A stretch of 55,225 bases of DNA, the filler included, from Dirinaria sp. TL-2023a (taxonomy: Eukaryota): the NCBI GenBank assembly GCA_051941275.1. It is 5 parts of 5 records of this genome, joined end to end, with 100 filler letters (N's around TTAATTAATTAA, not from the genome) between each part and the next. Parts side by side here need not be neighbours in the genome. Positions count along the whole stretch, not along the records: positions 1 to 10,972 come from JAVEBF010000885.1; positions 11,073 to 22,043 come from JAVEBF010000886.1; 3 more parts are not named here. One strand, 5' to 3'. The notes under the pieces were generated by a model. It was given only the letters and a program-made list of their open reading frames with translations. It had not been told where the DNA came from and made no database searches. The position numbers and the translations under genes were made by a program. Positions 1 to 11,333 of this stretch are shown here, in pieces. Every line of letters begins with the position of its first letter. Position 1 is the stretch's first letter.

Positions 1-372
1 TTCCTGCCCAGCTACATGCCCTGGCACGGGCACGTGACGGCGCTGACCGTCGCGCCCCAGTACCGACGGCTCGGCCTCGCGCAATCGCTCACAAGGGCCC
101 TCGAACGCGGGTGCGAGGCCGAAGAAGGCTGGTTCGTGGACCTGTTCGTGCGGGCCGGCAACGACACCGCGGTGGGGCTGTACCGCGGGATGGGGTACAG
201 CGTGTTCAGGAGGGTGCTGGAGTACTACAGCGATGATCCGACGGGCGGCAAGGGCAGCGAGGACGCGTTCGACATGCGCAAGCCGCTGAGCCGGGATAAG
301 AAGCGGGTGCATGTGCGGGAGAAGGGCGGGGAGGAGGTGTGTATTACGCCGGAGGAGTTGTATCATGGTTGA
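1..372 (+). CDS. NAT3: N-terminal acetyltransferase B (NatB) catalytic subunit, 5'-truncated at the window edge
   Basis: Frame is open from base 1 (FLPSYMPWHGHVTALTVAPQYRRLGLA...FVDLFVRAGN...YSVFRRVLEYYS...EDAFDMRKPL). Contains the GNAT acetyl-CoA motif RRLGLA and a Nat3/Naa20-type C-terminus. Confidence 0.92.
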   Translation, partial: FLPSYMPWHGHVTALTVAPQYRRLGLAQSLTRALERGCEAEEGWFVDLFVRAGNDTAVGLYRGMGYSVFRRVLEYYSDDPTGGKGSEDAFDMRKPLSRDKKRVHVREKGGEEVCITPEELYHG

Positions 373-735
373 AATTATTGCCTGATGAGCAACGGCGTTT
401 TTGGTGGTGGATTTTTGCAGAACGTTCGGGCTACGCTGGCTTTCGGCATGCCCTTAAAAAGATTTTCACATATCCTTCTCAGTGGCTTCAACGAGAACGA
501 TACCTTGAAGTGGCCCAGCGCACAGGTACGAGTCAAATTCTTGAACAAGGAGGGACACGGATATCTAGGAATAAGCGATAAGAAGAATAGAGGTATCAGG
601 CCACAGGCTTCGTGACTCTCAAGGACAACGTCCTCCATAAACCGAAAAAACAACAACTGGGCCGCAAACATCCTAAAAGCGTAGTCCAGGTGAAAAGCAC
701 GCGTCCAATCTCCGCGCCACCGTCAGTCCCAGACA

Positions 736-3700
736 TTAAATCGAATGCCCATCACACTCCTCATTGCTATCCTCCCATCGCCTGACACGCTCCCTGACCC
801 TCCAGCACTCGCCATCCCTCTCAACATCCCGGTTCGGCTTCACGCTGGCATCAACAACGAGATCCGTGCCCCCGTCCAGGCTAACCACCACCTTCACCCT
901 CTTGATCCTCTGCTCCCGATCCCTCCTCTGCTGGCTGTTCCTCCTTGACCTCCTCATCCCATACTGTGAATTCTGCAATGACTGGTACGCAGAAGTTCCG
1001 CTGAGTACGGAGGCAGATTCCGAAGGCGTGGGCGATTGTGGGCGGGAGTGCGCCAGAGATCCGGCGCGGTAGCGATCGCGGAGGGACATGGATGAAGAGT
1101 GTACTCGGTGGTGGTCTGCAAGCACACTGTACTTTCTTGACAGGGGACTTGGCTGGTGATGGGATGGTGGTGGCGTCCATTGAATGGGATCAGCGTTCGA
1201 GACTTCCGTTGTGGCCCGCGCTGGCGAAGGTCTGAGGGAGGTGTGAGAGCGAGCTGTCGAAAGAAGCGGACGCTGAGCCGAGTGCGGTGTTGGGGGCGAG
1301 GGTCTCGAACCGACTTCTGGTGGGAATTCGGCGCTTGTGGAGCCTCTTTGGTCCCCCTGCTCTGTGTCTTGGGATGCCTCGCTGAGCTCCACGATTCGCT
1401 TCCTACCGAGGTCACTTACGCTTGCATTTGAAGGTCGTAGAAGTCTCATAAGCGTCTCATTTGCCTCGCTTCTTCGTGCAGGATCTATAGGTGTATATTC
1501 TAACGGTTCGGTAGTCGTCTGGTTTGCTGGATATGTGGCATGCTGTTCTGATCCACCAGGCCACATGTATCGAGGGGATTCCTGAAGATACGGGTCGTTA
1601 TTCGATTCCGCCGCTTCTGTAGGCAGGTCGATCGGGGTCAGCTTAGCAGACTCGAAGGCATCCGTAGGCCTTTGACCTATTGATGGCAAGCTTTGAGGGG
1701 ATCCATAAAGAGTCTTATCACTAATCTGCTCTGCATCTGCTGCTAACGGAGAGGGCTCAGTCGAGGTTGGCGTACCAGATTCCAAGACGTCCACAGGCTT
1801 TAATTCCGTGGGCGGTACACCTTGAGACGCTTCTTGAAGAGAATTGTCATTGAACTTTTCTGCTCGTCCTGAAGACAGCTGGATGGAAGTTGGCGTAATA
1901 GGATGGAAGACATCTGCAGGCTCTTGACCCACGGATGATAACTGTTGAGGAGATTTCTGAACAGAATCGTCGTTAGTTTGCTCTGCAGCTTCTGGAAGCG
2001 ATCCAACTGGGGCCAGCGTAGCAGGATGGAAGGCATGCGCAGATCCTGGTTTTATGGACGGTACTTGTTCATGGAATTCCCGAAGAGACTCGTGGCTAGT
2101 CTGCTCTGCAGCTTCTGGAGGCGATCCGACTGGAGCTTGGGTAGTAGGATGGAAGGCATGCGCAGATCCTGAACCTATGGATGATACTTCTTCAGGGGAT
2201 TCCCGAAGAGACTCGTCGCTATTCTGCTCGGCTCCTTCTGGAGGCAATTCAACGGAGGACCGTGTAGCAAGCTGGAACTCGTCTGCAGGTCGCAACTGCG
2301 TAGATGGTGTATCTTGGCGAGCTCTCTGATGCGACTCACCGCCGTGCCCTTCTGCTGCTTCTGCAGGCAGGTCAATTGAGGCTGGCGTAGCAGCTTGGAA
2401 AGCGTCCGCAGACCCTGGTTCCATGGTTGGATCTTCTTGAGGGGATTCTTGAAGGGACTTGTCGTCGAACTGTTCTCGTGCTTCCGTGGACTGCTTAGTC
2501 GAAGTTGGCATGGGAGGTTGGAAAACACTAGCGGGCTCTTGCGCATGATGCTGTTTCTCACGGATTTCATCAGCTGGCAACTCAGCCGGTGTAGGAGTAG
2601 CAGATCGTGAGGCCTGTTCTTCTTCCGCAAGCTCCGAGGTATTTGGTCGTCGGTCATGTAAAGCAAGCCGCCATGTGCTCAGGGTAGTCCAGACTCGGGT
2701 TAGAGGTCGAGGCACACCAACAGATGAACCTCTACTAGCCACACTACACTGTCTTGGCTTCGTATATGGTGGTGGGCCTGTCAAGAGCTGGCTCGTTGCC
2801 CTGCTCCCGTCCTCAAGCTCTCTTGATGATGTTGATTCCGTTTCTTCCTTTTCACAGGCCTTGAGCTGGCTTGTTGCCTGGCTCCCGTCCTCAGGCTCTC
2901 CAGATGGTGTTGATTCGGTTTCTTCCTTTTCACTGGCCTTCAGTGGAGCTTTCAAGGCCTTGGCAGAACGATCTGGGCTGCGGCGGTCAGACAAACGCTC
3001 GACAGCCAGAGACTGCATCCTAGTACGATGAGCAGCGTCGCTCACAGAGCGCCATGGAAGATTTGCTGTCATAGCCCGGGGCCTGGCTTCAAACTTCGCT
3101 AGCGGCTCAACTTCGCCATGTTGCTGGGCGTCAGAGGTGCTCTCCAGTGTATTGTGAGGTACTTGGCGCCGGCTACGTGTTCTCTTCAATCGAAGTTCAT
3201 CGTCAATGGGACTGGCGTCACTGCTCATTCGAGAGTGGTCGAGATTGGGTAAGAACCTAGCAGCGTATCGAGAGTATTCTGTCTGACTGGACAGCGCCCC
3301 TGCCGTTGGTGGCTGCTCTTCTGACATCGATCGCCTTTTCGATTGCTTTGGCGCTGGGAAAGGATATGAGCGTCCTTCATCCTCTGTAGCCCATGCAGTG
3401 GATGCCTCATCTTGTCCCTGCGACACGTCAAGATTCTCATCGAGTCCTTCTGCAATGCTCTTTCTATGTACCACAACTGGTAGCAATGAGGTGTGCTCGG
3501 GCTGGGTTTCACTCCAGAATGCACTGTCGTCGATGGGACGTTGATTAATGTTGACCGGTTGTCGGGCGGGAGAGAGAGGTTGCGGCGATTTTATCTCAGA
3601 TCCTGCTGATATTCTCCTCAAATTGCTGTAGTCCCGGTATCTCTTTCTACCACCATGCGGTGAGCCACTATACTGGGCGTGGAGCTCTAGCATGCTATGG

Positions 3701-4119
3701 CTTCGTCGGTCGATGGGGCTTTGAATGGGTTCGGCCATTGTACTACTATGCGATTGCTGACTACTTATGTTTCGTTGCCATTTCTTATAGTTCACCGGCT
3801 GCTTCGGCTTAACTCGCTCATTGTCCAAGCTGGGCGTCTTTGGAGCCGTCGAACGGTGATCAGCTTCTTCGTGTGACCGTCTACTCGGCGCAGCGCGACT
3901 TCGCTTTTCCAAAGATGGTTTTCGACGAGATACATGGGGAAACCGAGAGGACTTAGATACATTTGTTTGCGTAAATTTACCTTCAATCGCCCGAACACGG
4001 GCCTGCACGAACCCTTGTTCGACGATCGGGCCTTCTCCTGTACCATACGGTGAGTGCTTTCTGATGATTGATGGTTTCCGGCTGGTGGAGGCTGAACGGT
4101 GTGGTGTCATTGTCGCCAT
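736..4119 (-). CDS. Large low-complexity Ser/Pro/Glu-rich hypothetical protein with internal tandem repeats
   Basis: Uninterrupted ORF of about 3.4 kb. Likely start is the ATG at 4119 (MATMTPH), not the TTG at 4389. Mostly disordered composition, with a short hydrophobic C-terminal segment (IKRVKVVVSLDGGTDLVVDASV). Confidence 0.75.
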   Translation of the reverse strand: MATMTPHRSASTSRKPSIIRKHSPYGTGEGPIVEQGFVQARVRAIEGKFTQTNVSKSSRFPHVSRRKPSLEKRSRAAPSRRSHEEADHRSTAPKTPSLDNERVKPKQPVNYKKWQRNISSQQSHSSTMAEPIQSPIDRRSHSMLELHAQYSGSPHGGRKRYRDYSNLRRISAGSEIKSPQPLSPARQPVNINQRPIDDSAFWSETQPEHTSLLPVVVHRKSIAEGLDENLDVSQGQDEASTAWATEDEGRSYPFPAPKQSKRRSMSEEQPPTAGALSSQTEYSRYAARFLPNLDHSRMSSDASPIDDELRLKRTRSRRQVPHNTLESTSDAQQHGEVEPLAKFEARPRAMTANLPWRSVSDAAHRTRMQSLAVERLSDRRSPDRSAKALKAPLKASEKEETESTPSGEPEDGSQATSQLKACEKEETESTSSRELEDGSRATSQLLTGPPPYTKPRQCSVASRGSSVGVPRPLTRVWTTLSTWRLALHDRRPNTSELAEEEQASRSATPTPAELPADEIREKQHHAQEPASVFQPPMPTSTKQSTEAREQFDDKSLQESPQEDPTMEPGSADAFQAATPASIDLPAEAAEGHGGESHQRARQDTPSTQLRPADEFQLATRSSVELPPEGAEQNSDESLRESPEEVSSIGSGSAHAFHPTTQAPVGSPPEAAEQTSHESLREFHEQVPSIKPGSAHAFHPATLAPVGSLPEAAEQTNDDSVQKSPQQLSSVGQEPADVFHPITPTSIQLSSGRAEKFNDNSLQEASQGVPPTELKPVDVLESGTPTSTEPSPLAADAEQISDKTLYGSPQSLPSIGQRPTDAFESAKLTPIDLPTEAAESNNDPYLQESPRYMWPGGSEQHATYPANQTTTEPLEYTPIDPARRSEANETLMRLLRPSNASVSDLGRKRIVELSEASQDTEQGDQRGSTSAEFPPEVGSRPSPPTPHSAQRPLLSTARSHTSLRPSPARATTEVSNADPIQWTPPPSHHQPSPLSRKYSVLADHHRVHSSSMSLRDRYRAGSLAHSRPQSPTPSESASVLSGTSAYQSLQNSQYGMRRSRRNSQQRRDREQRIKRVKVVVSLDGGTDLVVDASVKPNRDVERDGECWRVRERVRRWEDSNEECDGHSI
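1550..2532 (-). repeat. Coding tandem repeat, about 8 degenerate copies of a 123-bp (41-aa) unit
   Basis: GGATGGAAGGCATGCGCAGATCCTG occurs at 2024 and 2147 (period 123). Protein units resemble AHAFHPxTxAPVGSxPEAAEQTxxxSLxExxxxxxSIxPGS. Confidence 0.85.
2785..2940 (-). repeat. Coding tandem duplication, 2 x 78 bp (26 aa)
   Basis: KASEKEETESTPSGEPEDGSQATSQL followed by KACEKEETESTSSRELEDGSRATSQL. GAGCTGG anchors at 2785 and 2863. Confidence 0.9.
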
Positions 4120-4487
4120 GAGATATTGAGTAACAGATGCTTTGTATGCTTTGGATACGGGTAATCTAAATGGTCTCCTTCTCATTAAGAATGCATGTAA
4201 GGAGTGACAAGTCGACCCAAAGCAATGGCACGAAGTGACTGAGGAAAGGTATAAAGTAGGTTTGAGTCTTGAGACTGATGTGCCGGAGTCATAGGAGATA
4301 TCGATGCCAGTAGAACGGAAGGAGCGGCCCAAACCGGACAGAGTGCTTGATAGGAAAAATCGTAACAGTTGGTAGGTACCACCCACCAAGCACTACCTTA
4401 TGAAAGACAGGTCTACAACAAGATGGGAGATAAATTCAAGACTACTTTAATCGAGATATGAAATGCTGGGACACTATCCTACATGAA

Positions 4488-5346
4488 CTACTTCAGAGAC
4501 GCCTGTAAGCTTTCCAGTACCTATTATAGAGCCCTGCAATCAGCCCTGTTTCTCACTGATTTCGGAATGAATAGCTCACCTCCAACTCGATCTTCGCTTC
4601 TGCGATATCTTGTTCACTTCCACTGCCGTTGGCAATTTTCTGCGCTTCGGAGATCTGTGACCGCACGGCCTGCAATATGGACCCAGATTAGTATTGTCCG
4701 TTACCCTAAGCTCAGTGGTTGACGCACATCTGGACTGAAGTCCTCCAGACGAAAGCCCTCGACGGCGTTGATGCTGAGCTGTGAGCCCGGTTGCACGGTC
4801 GCGAAACCGCCTGAAACTGTATTTAGGCATCATAAGCACTCTGTACACAGCTGGATTGGAATGTAGGCCCAGGCCTTTAGATTGCCAAGCAAGCCGGTCT
4901 TCCCAGTTGCGAGACATACGGAAGTACTGTTTGCTCCCACCACTTTCTTCAAATATTTCGACAAGGCCAGGCTTCAATTGCTCTATGGATGGTACGTGGT
5001 TCGGAAGAATGCCCATCTCGCCTGACTCGGCCGGGACATTGACCTGTACACTAAGGTGGGCACCATGTTAGCGAAGAGGCTCGACACGGCTTTTAACCAC
5101 GAGCGGAGGCGCAATTAACAGGCTCCGTACACATCTGTTGACTTGTAGATTGACTAATTGTTAGACTCGTCAGCAGGAGCTCTGATGTTCGTAGAAGAAG
5201 ACTATGCAAGCTACCTGATGGGGCAGAGCGAGTGTGAGCTTGATCTTGTCCGAAATTGCCTCCGCGTAACCTCTTCGCTGGAAAGACAAGCGACTTGGTA
5301 CATGTCGGAAAAGATTTGATGCTCGGGCTATACGTAGCGAGTTCAT
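4488..5346 (-). CDS. ATP16: Mitochondrial F1-ATP synthase delta subunit, 6 exons
   Basis: Manual splice with GT-AG introns: 5346-5215, 5153-5131, 5050-4920, 4816-4728, 4669-4580, 4520-4488. Product: MNSLRIAR...YAEAISDKIKLTLALPHQSIYKSTDVVQVNVPAESGEMGILPNHVPSIEQLKPGLVEI...LSGGFATVQPGSQLSINAVEG...IAEAKIELEVLESLQASLK*. Confidence 0.96.
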
Positions 5347-7848
5347 GCTGCGCTCAATGGATCCTTGTCTAGAAGCTCGCAAAGGTCGTCAAGCTCGCCA
5401 TGATATCTAAAGTAGGTCGCTTCGCAAAGGCTTTGAATGACTAAGCACTTAGTAAGATAGTTCCCCTTTCCCTACCTTACTTTACTTTAGTGGCTTAGCG
5501 TGGACCGCATCACAAGTCACAACCCTGAACAGACCCTGAGCGTGATTTGGCTCCTTACCTTACCTTACGGTTTCATTCCACTCCACCCACGTGCTGTCAC
5601 CTAAGGTACCTTACCTTGCCTTAGGTATCACGCTACCTGGTTGCTACACCTACTCATTTCCTCCCTCTCCGGTCCTGACAGCCGAGGCGCAACCGTTCAA
5701 GCGGCGATTGTGACGATGGATATGGCGCCAGCAATTCATGTCGGACAGTCTTGACGATTGGATATCAGAAATGCCTCAAAGCACGGAGAGAAGTTGGGGT
5801 ATCAACCGTCCATCGACCTCGCATGCGTCCGACATGCATTGCATACCATAAAAACCACTAGCAATTGATGCGTGGAGAAAAGAAAGAAGGGCCATGCTGC
5901 TGCTCAATCGCCCATGCTTCAGAGTTTTACCCTATTGCTCACAGACCGAGCCAGAAGCCACCTTTTGCCGCCAAAGGTAGGTTCGTTGCCTCCGTGCAAT
6001 TGGCTGGCAGAATTGCAATCAATCACCCGAGCTCACGGTACCTCCCAAAATGGGCAGACTGAAGTGTTCCAATGTCGGGTGCACCGAGCGATACCTACCT
6101 ACCAACCTAGTCTCGCCTTCTAAGGGCCTACTAAACTGCTGCCCAATTCCTGAAAGCTACTCAAGTGGACCGCTTCAGGGTTCGCACTGGTACTGCTGGG
6201 CCGTCAGATGTGGGGGATTCATATGTCAACGTCAAAACATAATAAGTCCACGTAAGAATGGTAGTCCTTTCGCTCGTCGAACAAATTCCGTGGATATCGG
6301 AGATGCGCATGTGAGAATGAGCGGGTGTCAAAACAGGGTGCCGGAGCTGTTACAGTACGGAGTAAGTGCCAAGCTGACTGCGAAGCATCATAGCATGTAC
6401 CTTCCGTCAGAGGCTTCCATCAGCCCGGCGTCTACCGTCAGCGTCTCAAAGGTTTCGGGGGGCGGATCCTCAGAGTTCCAAAGAGGCAATGTGCACTGCA
6501 TAATCTGTACAGCAACAGCAAGTTGTTCACTCCGCTTCCGGAGCATACTAGCTTGTGATGGCCGAAGATGAACGCCCGGAAAACACGAAGCTTGGCAGCA
6601 TACCACTACCACATCCCATCGGCCGTGCCAAGCAATTTATGCAGAGAATTGTGCGTAAACACCGGTATGATGTACATAAATGTGTAATGGAGGATAATTG
6701 AATGGCTCGGAAGCAGGTATGAGGTGGAGTATTATTAGGTCATCCGACAGACTCGCTTTTTTATTTTTCTTCAATGTTCTGCAGGCTGATGGTTGATGCT
6801 GTTCAGTTGCTTTCGTCCTTACCTAAGGTACTTGTAGACCGTACTGTAGTACTAGTACTATTACCAACCAAACGCCCGGAATGTTGTACGAGGACTAGGA
6901 AGGAAGGCAAAGCCGAGGGAAAAATGAAGGGTCTCAGGGTCCGAATTTGCCGACTCTGCTTCACCCCAGCGACCGCTCAGCAAAAACAATCACCGCCCGA
7001 TTCCCGCCCACTGCTAAAATGCTCTACTAATATTCACTACTTTACTCTCCCGCTTCCTCAGTCCTTTGCCGTCCCTCCCCCCCACTATCACTACTATACC
7101 ACTACTACCACCTTCTTACCACCCACCAAATCGACTCAGCTGACTTGATCATTCCAATCCTGCATCCTTCTCCCATTCAAAGGCCCCATTACAAACATCT
7201 TTGGATTCATTGTTCGTCTTTATTGAACACGAGATCTTTGCCTCAGGCAAACTTGGCCCTTTTCGCTTGGTGCGGCAAAGAGCTATTCTCGGCATTCTCC
7301 ATCGTGTGGCCTATTTGAATCCTTTCTGCTCCTTACACAGCCACCCACTCCCTCGCGCATATCATCTTCCAAGAGTCTGACGTCGTATAACGCATTTGGC
7401 CTGCCTGCCGAGCACTCTGTTGCGTTTCAACGCACAGGGCTGAGGGCGGCCGTCAGTGCTCCACCGGCGAGCTCGTTCCGTTGTTTGAACATCAACCATC
7501 CTCCTCCACCGAGTGTTATGCTCGAACTTCAAACTATGCTGTATTTACAGTTATAGCCAGGTCCTGAGGGACGATTCTCTCTCAGCAGCCTCAACAGGTC
7601 GTCTGCGTGTGACATCTGTCGATTACGCATCAACACCATCATCTTTCACTTCACGTGCACACAGACTGCCCACCCTACACACTATTTCATACGAGCCGCA
7701 CACCTCAACATGTCGAACAATCGACTCTCCACGCGATAGCATATCCTTGATTCCTCATTTCTCAAGTCAACAGACGAGCCGCGACTGTTATCAAGAGTTC
7801 CATCATACCTCACACTTCGTCACATAACAATAGTTGCAGACCTCAGTC

Positions 7849-10137
7849 ATGACCCATCATCAACAATCTGACCTCGACCGGGTGCATGCTGCGCAAGCGA
7901 CTCACTTTTCAAGCGGCCGCCAACCAGCGAATGGCAAGCCATCCGGCGGTGAGGAAGAAAATCCTGCGGATGTTGATGAGCCACCGGAAAATCATATACG
8001 ATTCGCGCGTATTGCCATGCCATCACGACATAGCTCAATGTCAGATAGCGGGTGCCCCTCGCCACATTATCTCAAGACCAAGAACGCTTCGCTTCTTACC
8101 CAAGCACTTCATTCCGGCTCAGACCTCACGTCTAGCTCTGAGACTGAAGCTCCAGCTCTTACAAGTGACGGTGGGCTGACAAGCCTCACTACACCAAGCC
8201 CTCCACCTTTGTCTACCACAGAGTCTATGAGCTTCCAACATCAAGCAACGAAAGATCCCTTTATATCAGAGCCCGATGTCAATAGCACATCCTCACCACC
8301 ATCCACTTCGAGGGTTGATTCCCAAAATGCGCAAGAGACCAGTTTGGAAGCTGGTCTCAAGCAGAGAAGATGCATAACATTTGCCTGTGGACGTCAGCGT
8401 GCACCTCAACAAAAAATCAAAAATCCAGAGAAAGTCTCCAAAGAGTCTGAGGACGCCAAGCCCACAGAGCCATCGAAACGTCCATACATGCTCAGATTTG
8501 CATGCCCTTTCAAAGCCTCTAACCAAGCTGACCGCAGCGAAACATCCCAGAAGCCTCCGCTCTCACCTGTGCCGAAAGACACTCTAACTGTGCCATTACC
8601 ACACCCACGCTATCACCGCGATTCGGGATCGACGGTATCCACCGTCAAGGAAGCATCGCGGGAGAGGACGCCATCAACGGATGCGCGAGGCAGGACAAAC
8701 TCAGCTACGAAACGCCAGAAACTAGGGAAGGCCGATACCACTACATTCCACGCATTCGGTGGATCATTTGGTACTGAAGAAGAATGGACCCGCGAAGAGA
8801 TCAAGGACAAAGAGAAGATCACTGTTAACGATACTCTGCGGAAAGAAAACGCTATCAGGCAACTTGGCAAAGAAGCCGAAGAAGAGGCGATCGAAGAAGA
8901 CGAGGACGAGGACGATGAAGACGATGAAGACATGGATGACGCGGGCGATAATGATGATGAAGATGATGATGACTTTTCCGATGGCAACGAGACAGACAAT
9001 GAAGAAGGATTTGCAGACTCCGATGATGAAAGCGACGTCGACTCAGACTATCAGTTTTGGACCCCTGGTCTTACTACTGCTGCAACCTCCACCGATCACA
9101 TCGAGCACATTCGGCCAACGACGCACAGAAAGGCGTCTGACTCGTCTATTGAATCGATAATCGACCTTCGCGAGCGTAGAGTAAGCTATGAAAACTCTAC
9201 ACGGCGAAATAGTGCAGCACGATCGGCTAAGAAGACTGAGAGACTGAGGCCTGGCACTCCAGATCTTCCTGATAGTACGGATTTCGTCTGCGGAACACTC
9301 GACGAGGATCGCCCACTCGAAGCCGCCTACATGTCCTGTTTGGAACAGCGCAAACGCTCCAAGCACCGCATTATACCTCAAGACATTGATCCCAGTTTTC
9401 CTACTTCAGATCCGGAGATGGACGAGGAAGATGATGACAATGAAGATGAGATGGCTATTTCTCGTTCGAGCAGTGGCTCCAACGATTGGATTGCAGGACG
9501 CCCTGATGACTCTGACAGCGACGACCTTCCAAGCCGGACGAGATGTCCTCTTCGGAAGGGAGGCAAGTCTCCCATGCCCTCGCCGAAACGCTTGCGTTCC
9601 CCGCCTCCTTTAGCCAAGCGAGCTGTTATCCACAAATCTCCAACACGCAAACTTTTTGGCCACTCTCCGCCTCCTAAGGTAGCTCAATCACGTGTAGGGC
9701 ATGGCCTGAAGTCTCCGTTGTCCACCAGAATGACATCGCCGTCTGGCTCGCCGAAGCAGACGACAACTAATATGGCATTGCCTCGCCTCGCCCAACGCCC
9801 GCACCTTACACATACCGCCTCACTACCTCGCACTCCGAATCCTTTCTGGAGCAAACACCGAACTTATCTGGATGCCCTGGAAGAAGCAAGTGGAACGTCA
9901 CCGGCCGGCAACAATTTGCACAGCCGTGGGCCGATCGACATTGTCAAGGGTCTCGAGAACAAGAGGCAGAGGCGTCGAGAGAAATATTGGCGTCAACACT
10001 GTCGTCAGGCAGGAAACCACAAAGAGCGCCGATGTCAGCCGGGAAAAGGGGCGGAGAGGATGAAGGAAGTCGGCCTGGAGATGGCAGAGAAATGCAGAGG
10101 CTATGGCAACAGGCCGAAACTGGTGCTCTCGGTCTGA
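7849..10137 (+). CDS. Conserved fungal protein, DUF2457-like, with acidic tract
   Basis: Single long ORF from the first ATG at 7849. Recognisable blocks: DSTDFVCGTLDEDRPLEAAY, IPQDIDPSFPTSDP, SRGPIDIVKGLE.KRQRRREK, GKGAERMKEVGLEMA. Confidence 0.8.
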   Translation: MTHHQQSDLDRVHAAQATHFSSGRQPANGKPSGGEEENPADVDEPPENHIRFARIAMPSRHSSMSDSGCPSPHYLKTKNASLLTQALHSGSDLTSSSETEAPALTSDGGLTSLTTPSPPPLSTTESMSFQHQATKDPFISEPDVNSTSSPPSTSRVDSQNAQETSLEAGLKQRRCITFACGRQRAPQQKIKNPEKVSKESEDAKPTEPSKRPYMLRFACPFKASNQADRSETSQKPPLSPVPKDTLTVPLPHPRYHRDSGSTVSTVKEASRERTPSTDARGRTNSATKRQKLGKADTTTFHAFGGSFGTEEEWTREEIKDKEKITVNDTLRKENAIRQLGKEAEEEAIEEDEDEDDEDDEDMDDAGDNDDEDDDDFSDGNETDNEEGFADSDDESDVDSDYQFWTPGLTTAATSTDHIEHIRPTTHRKASDSSIESIIDLRERRVSYENSTRRNSAARSAKKTERLRPGTPDLPDSTDFVCGTLDEDRPLEAAYMSCLEQRKRSKHRIIPQDIDPSFPTSDPEMDEEDDDNEDEMAISRSSSGSNDWIAGRPDDSDSDDLPSRTRCPLRKGGKSPMPSPKRLRSPPPLAKRAVIHKSPTRKLFGHSPPPKVAQSRVGHGLKSPLSTRMTSPSGSPKQTTTNMALPRLAQRPHLTHTASLPRTPNPFWSKHRTYLDALEEASGTSPAGNNLHSRGPIDIVKGLENKRQRRREKYWRQHCRQAGNHKERRCQPGKGAERMKEVGLEMAEKCRGYGNRPKLVLSV

Positions 10138-10972
10138 ATACATCCACCCTTTATTGCAGTACCCCGATGAAAATGGGGACCCGTTCACATCTTCGACATA
10201 TCATTGTTGTACATACAGTACTGAACGACGCCATGAAGCGCGTACATACCAAGTTCCGGTGCCCGAAACTCGCAGGAGGCGGCTCGTTTCGAGAGGGAGG
10301 GGAAGGCGTTCGGAATGAAAAATTACCCCAGCGGGCTTACGAATCTGACGGCTTAACATGGGACATGATGAATAGCATAAATCAGGCGCTTTTGTCACGT
10401 TCACTGGAAAAATTATTTGGCTCAAGCACTTTTGCTTGTACATAGTTTCAAATAGACTCTGGGGGAAAAGAAATAGAGGCTTTACATACTATTTACTTTT
10501 GATAGCATTTGATCTGAAGAACCTGCTCTCCCCCAGATGATGGTAACCCTTGAAACCTTCCCATCCACGGGCTCCATTCAGAAAGAAAAATAATAATAAG
10601 GTACGTAACAATCAAACCGGGCTGACCTATCTTTTCTCTGCCTACCTACCTATCCTGATTTTTCCAAACACGAAGTTGCCAGCGGATATTATTGTGTGTG
10701 CTCTTTTTTGAAAGACACTCTTCTTCTTCTTTCTCCTCGTCTTTCTCCTCGTCTTTTGGCTATCCGTGACCGTACATGCTACTTACTTTCTCTGCCCTCG
10801 CCAAGTTCGTACACCTCCAAACCCACCCTCACCCATCGTGTGAGTGGCCACTCATGGCCTCCTTTTTATAGGAGCAAGGGTTTTGGATTCGGACGATGTG
10901 AGTGGGGTAAGATGGAGGAGAGTTTCAAGTGAGTCTGGGACAGTCTGTTTTTTGAGGGAAGGAGGGGGGAGG

Positions 10973-11072
10973 NNNNNNNNNNNNNNNNNNNNNNNNNNNN
11001 NNNNNNNNNNNNNNNNTTAATTAATTAANNNNNNNNNNNNNNNNNNNNNNNNNNNNNNNNNNNNNNNNNNNN
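10973..11072. other. Artificial contig spacer (44N-TTAATTAATTAA-44N)
   Basis: Exactly 100 nt. The core puts stop codons in all six frames and is identical at all four junctions. Confidence 0.97.
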
Positions 11073-11333
11073 GTTCACGGGGAGGAGGACAGGAGGTGCT
11101 TGAGTGCGAGAGCAATAATGGGGTTGTGTGGCTACGGGGAGGATCCAATCAGCTGCTTGACTGGTGCTTGACTGTTGTATGCTGGCGAAGTTGGGGCGGC
11201 GAGGCCCGGCGTCAACGCTGATCGGCATGGTGCGTTTGAGCGCGATATGATTGGATCTGGGTGTTGCAGTCGGGGTCATTGGGCGATACTCAGAAGGCTG
11301 GGGAGGATGCATCGAAGGTTCTGATGGAAGCAT
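11073..11333 (-). CDS. Possible 5' end of a hypothetical gene truncated by the contig end
   Basis: ATG-initiated ORF (MLPSEPSMHPPQPSEYRPMTP...) that stays open to the contig edge. No recognisable domain. Confidence 0.35.

Noticed and set aside
4120..4389. N-terminal extensions from TTG/GTG starts in the ORF track (also 7834 and 29933)
   Set aside because: The genome is eukaryotic. Downstream ATGs give sensible N-termini, such as the Ish1 signal peptide at 30194.
5865..6612. Overlapping ORFs of 65-173 aa between ATP16 and the DUF2457-like gene
   Set aside because: No domain and no consistent splice model. A minus-strand relic is possible but unsupported.
11017..11028. TTAATTAATTAA as a biological motif or piggyBac TTAA site
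   Set aside because: It is centred in N runs at all four gaps and is a synthetic six-frame stop linker.
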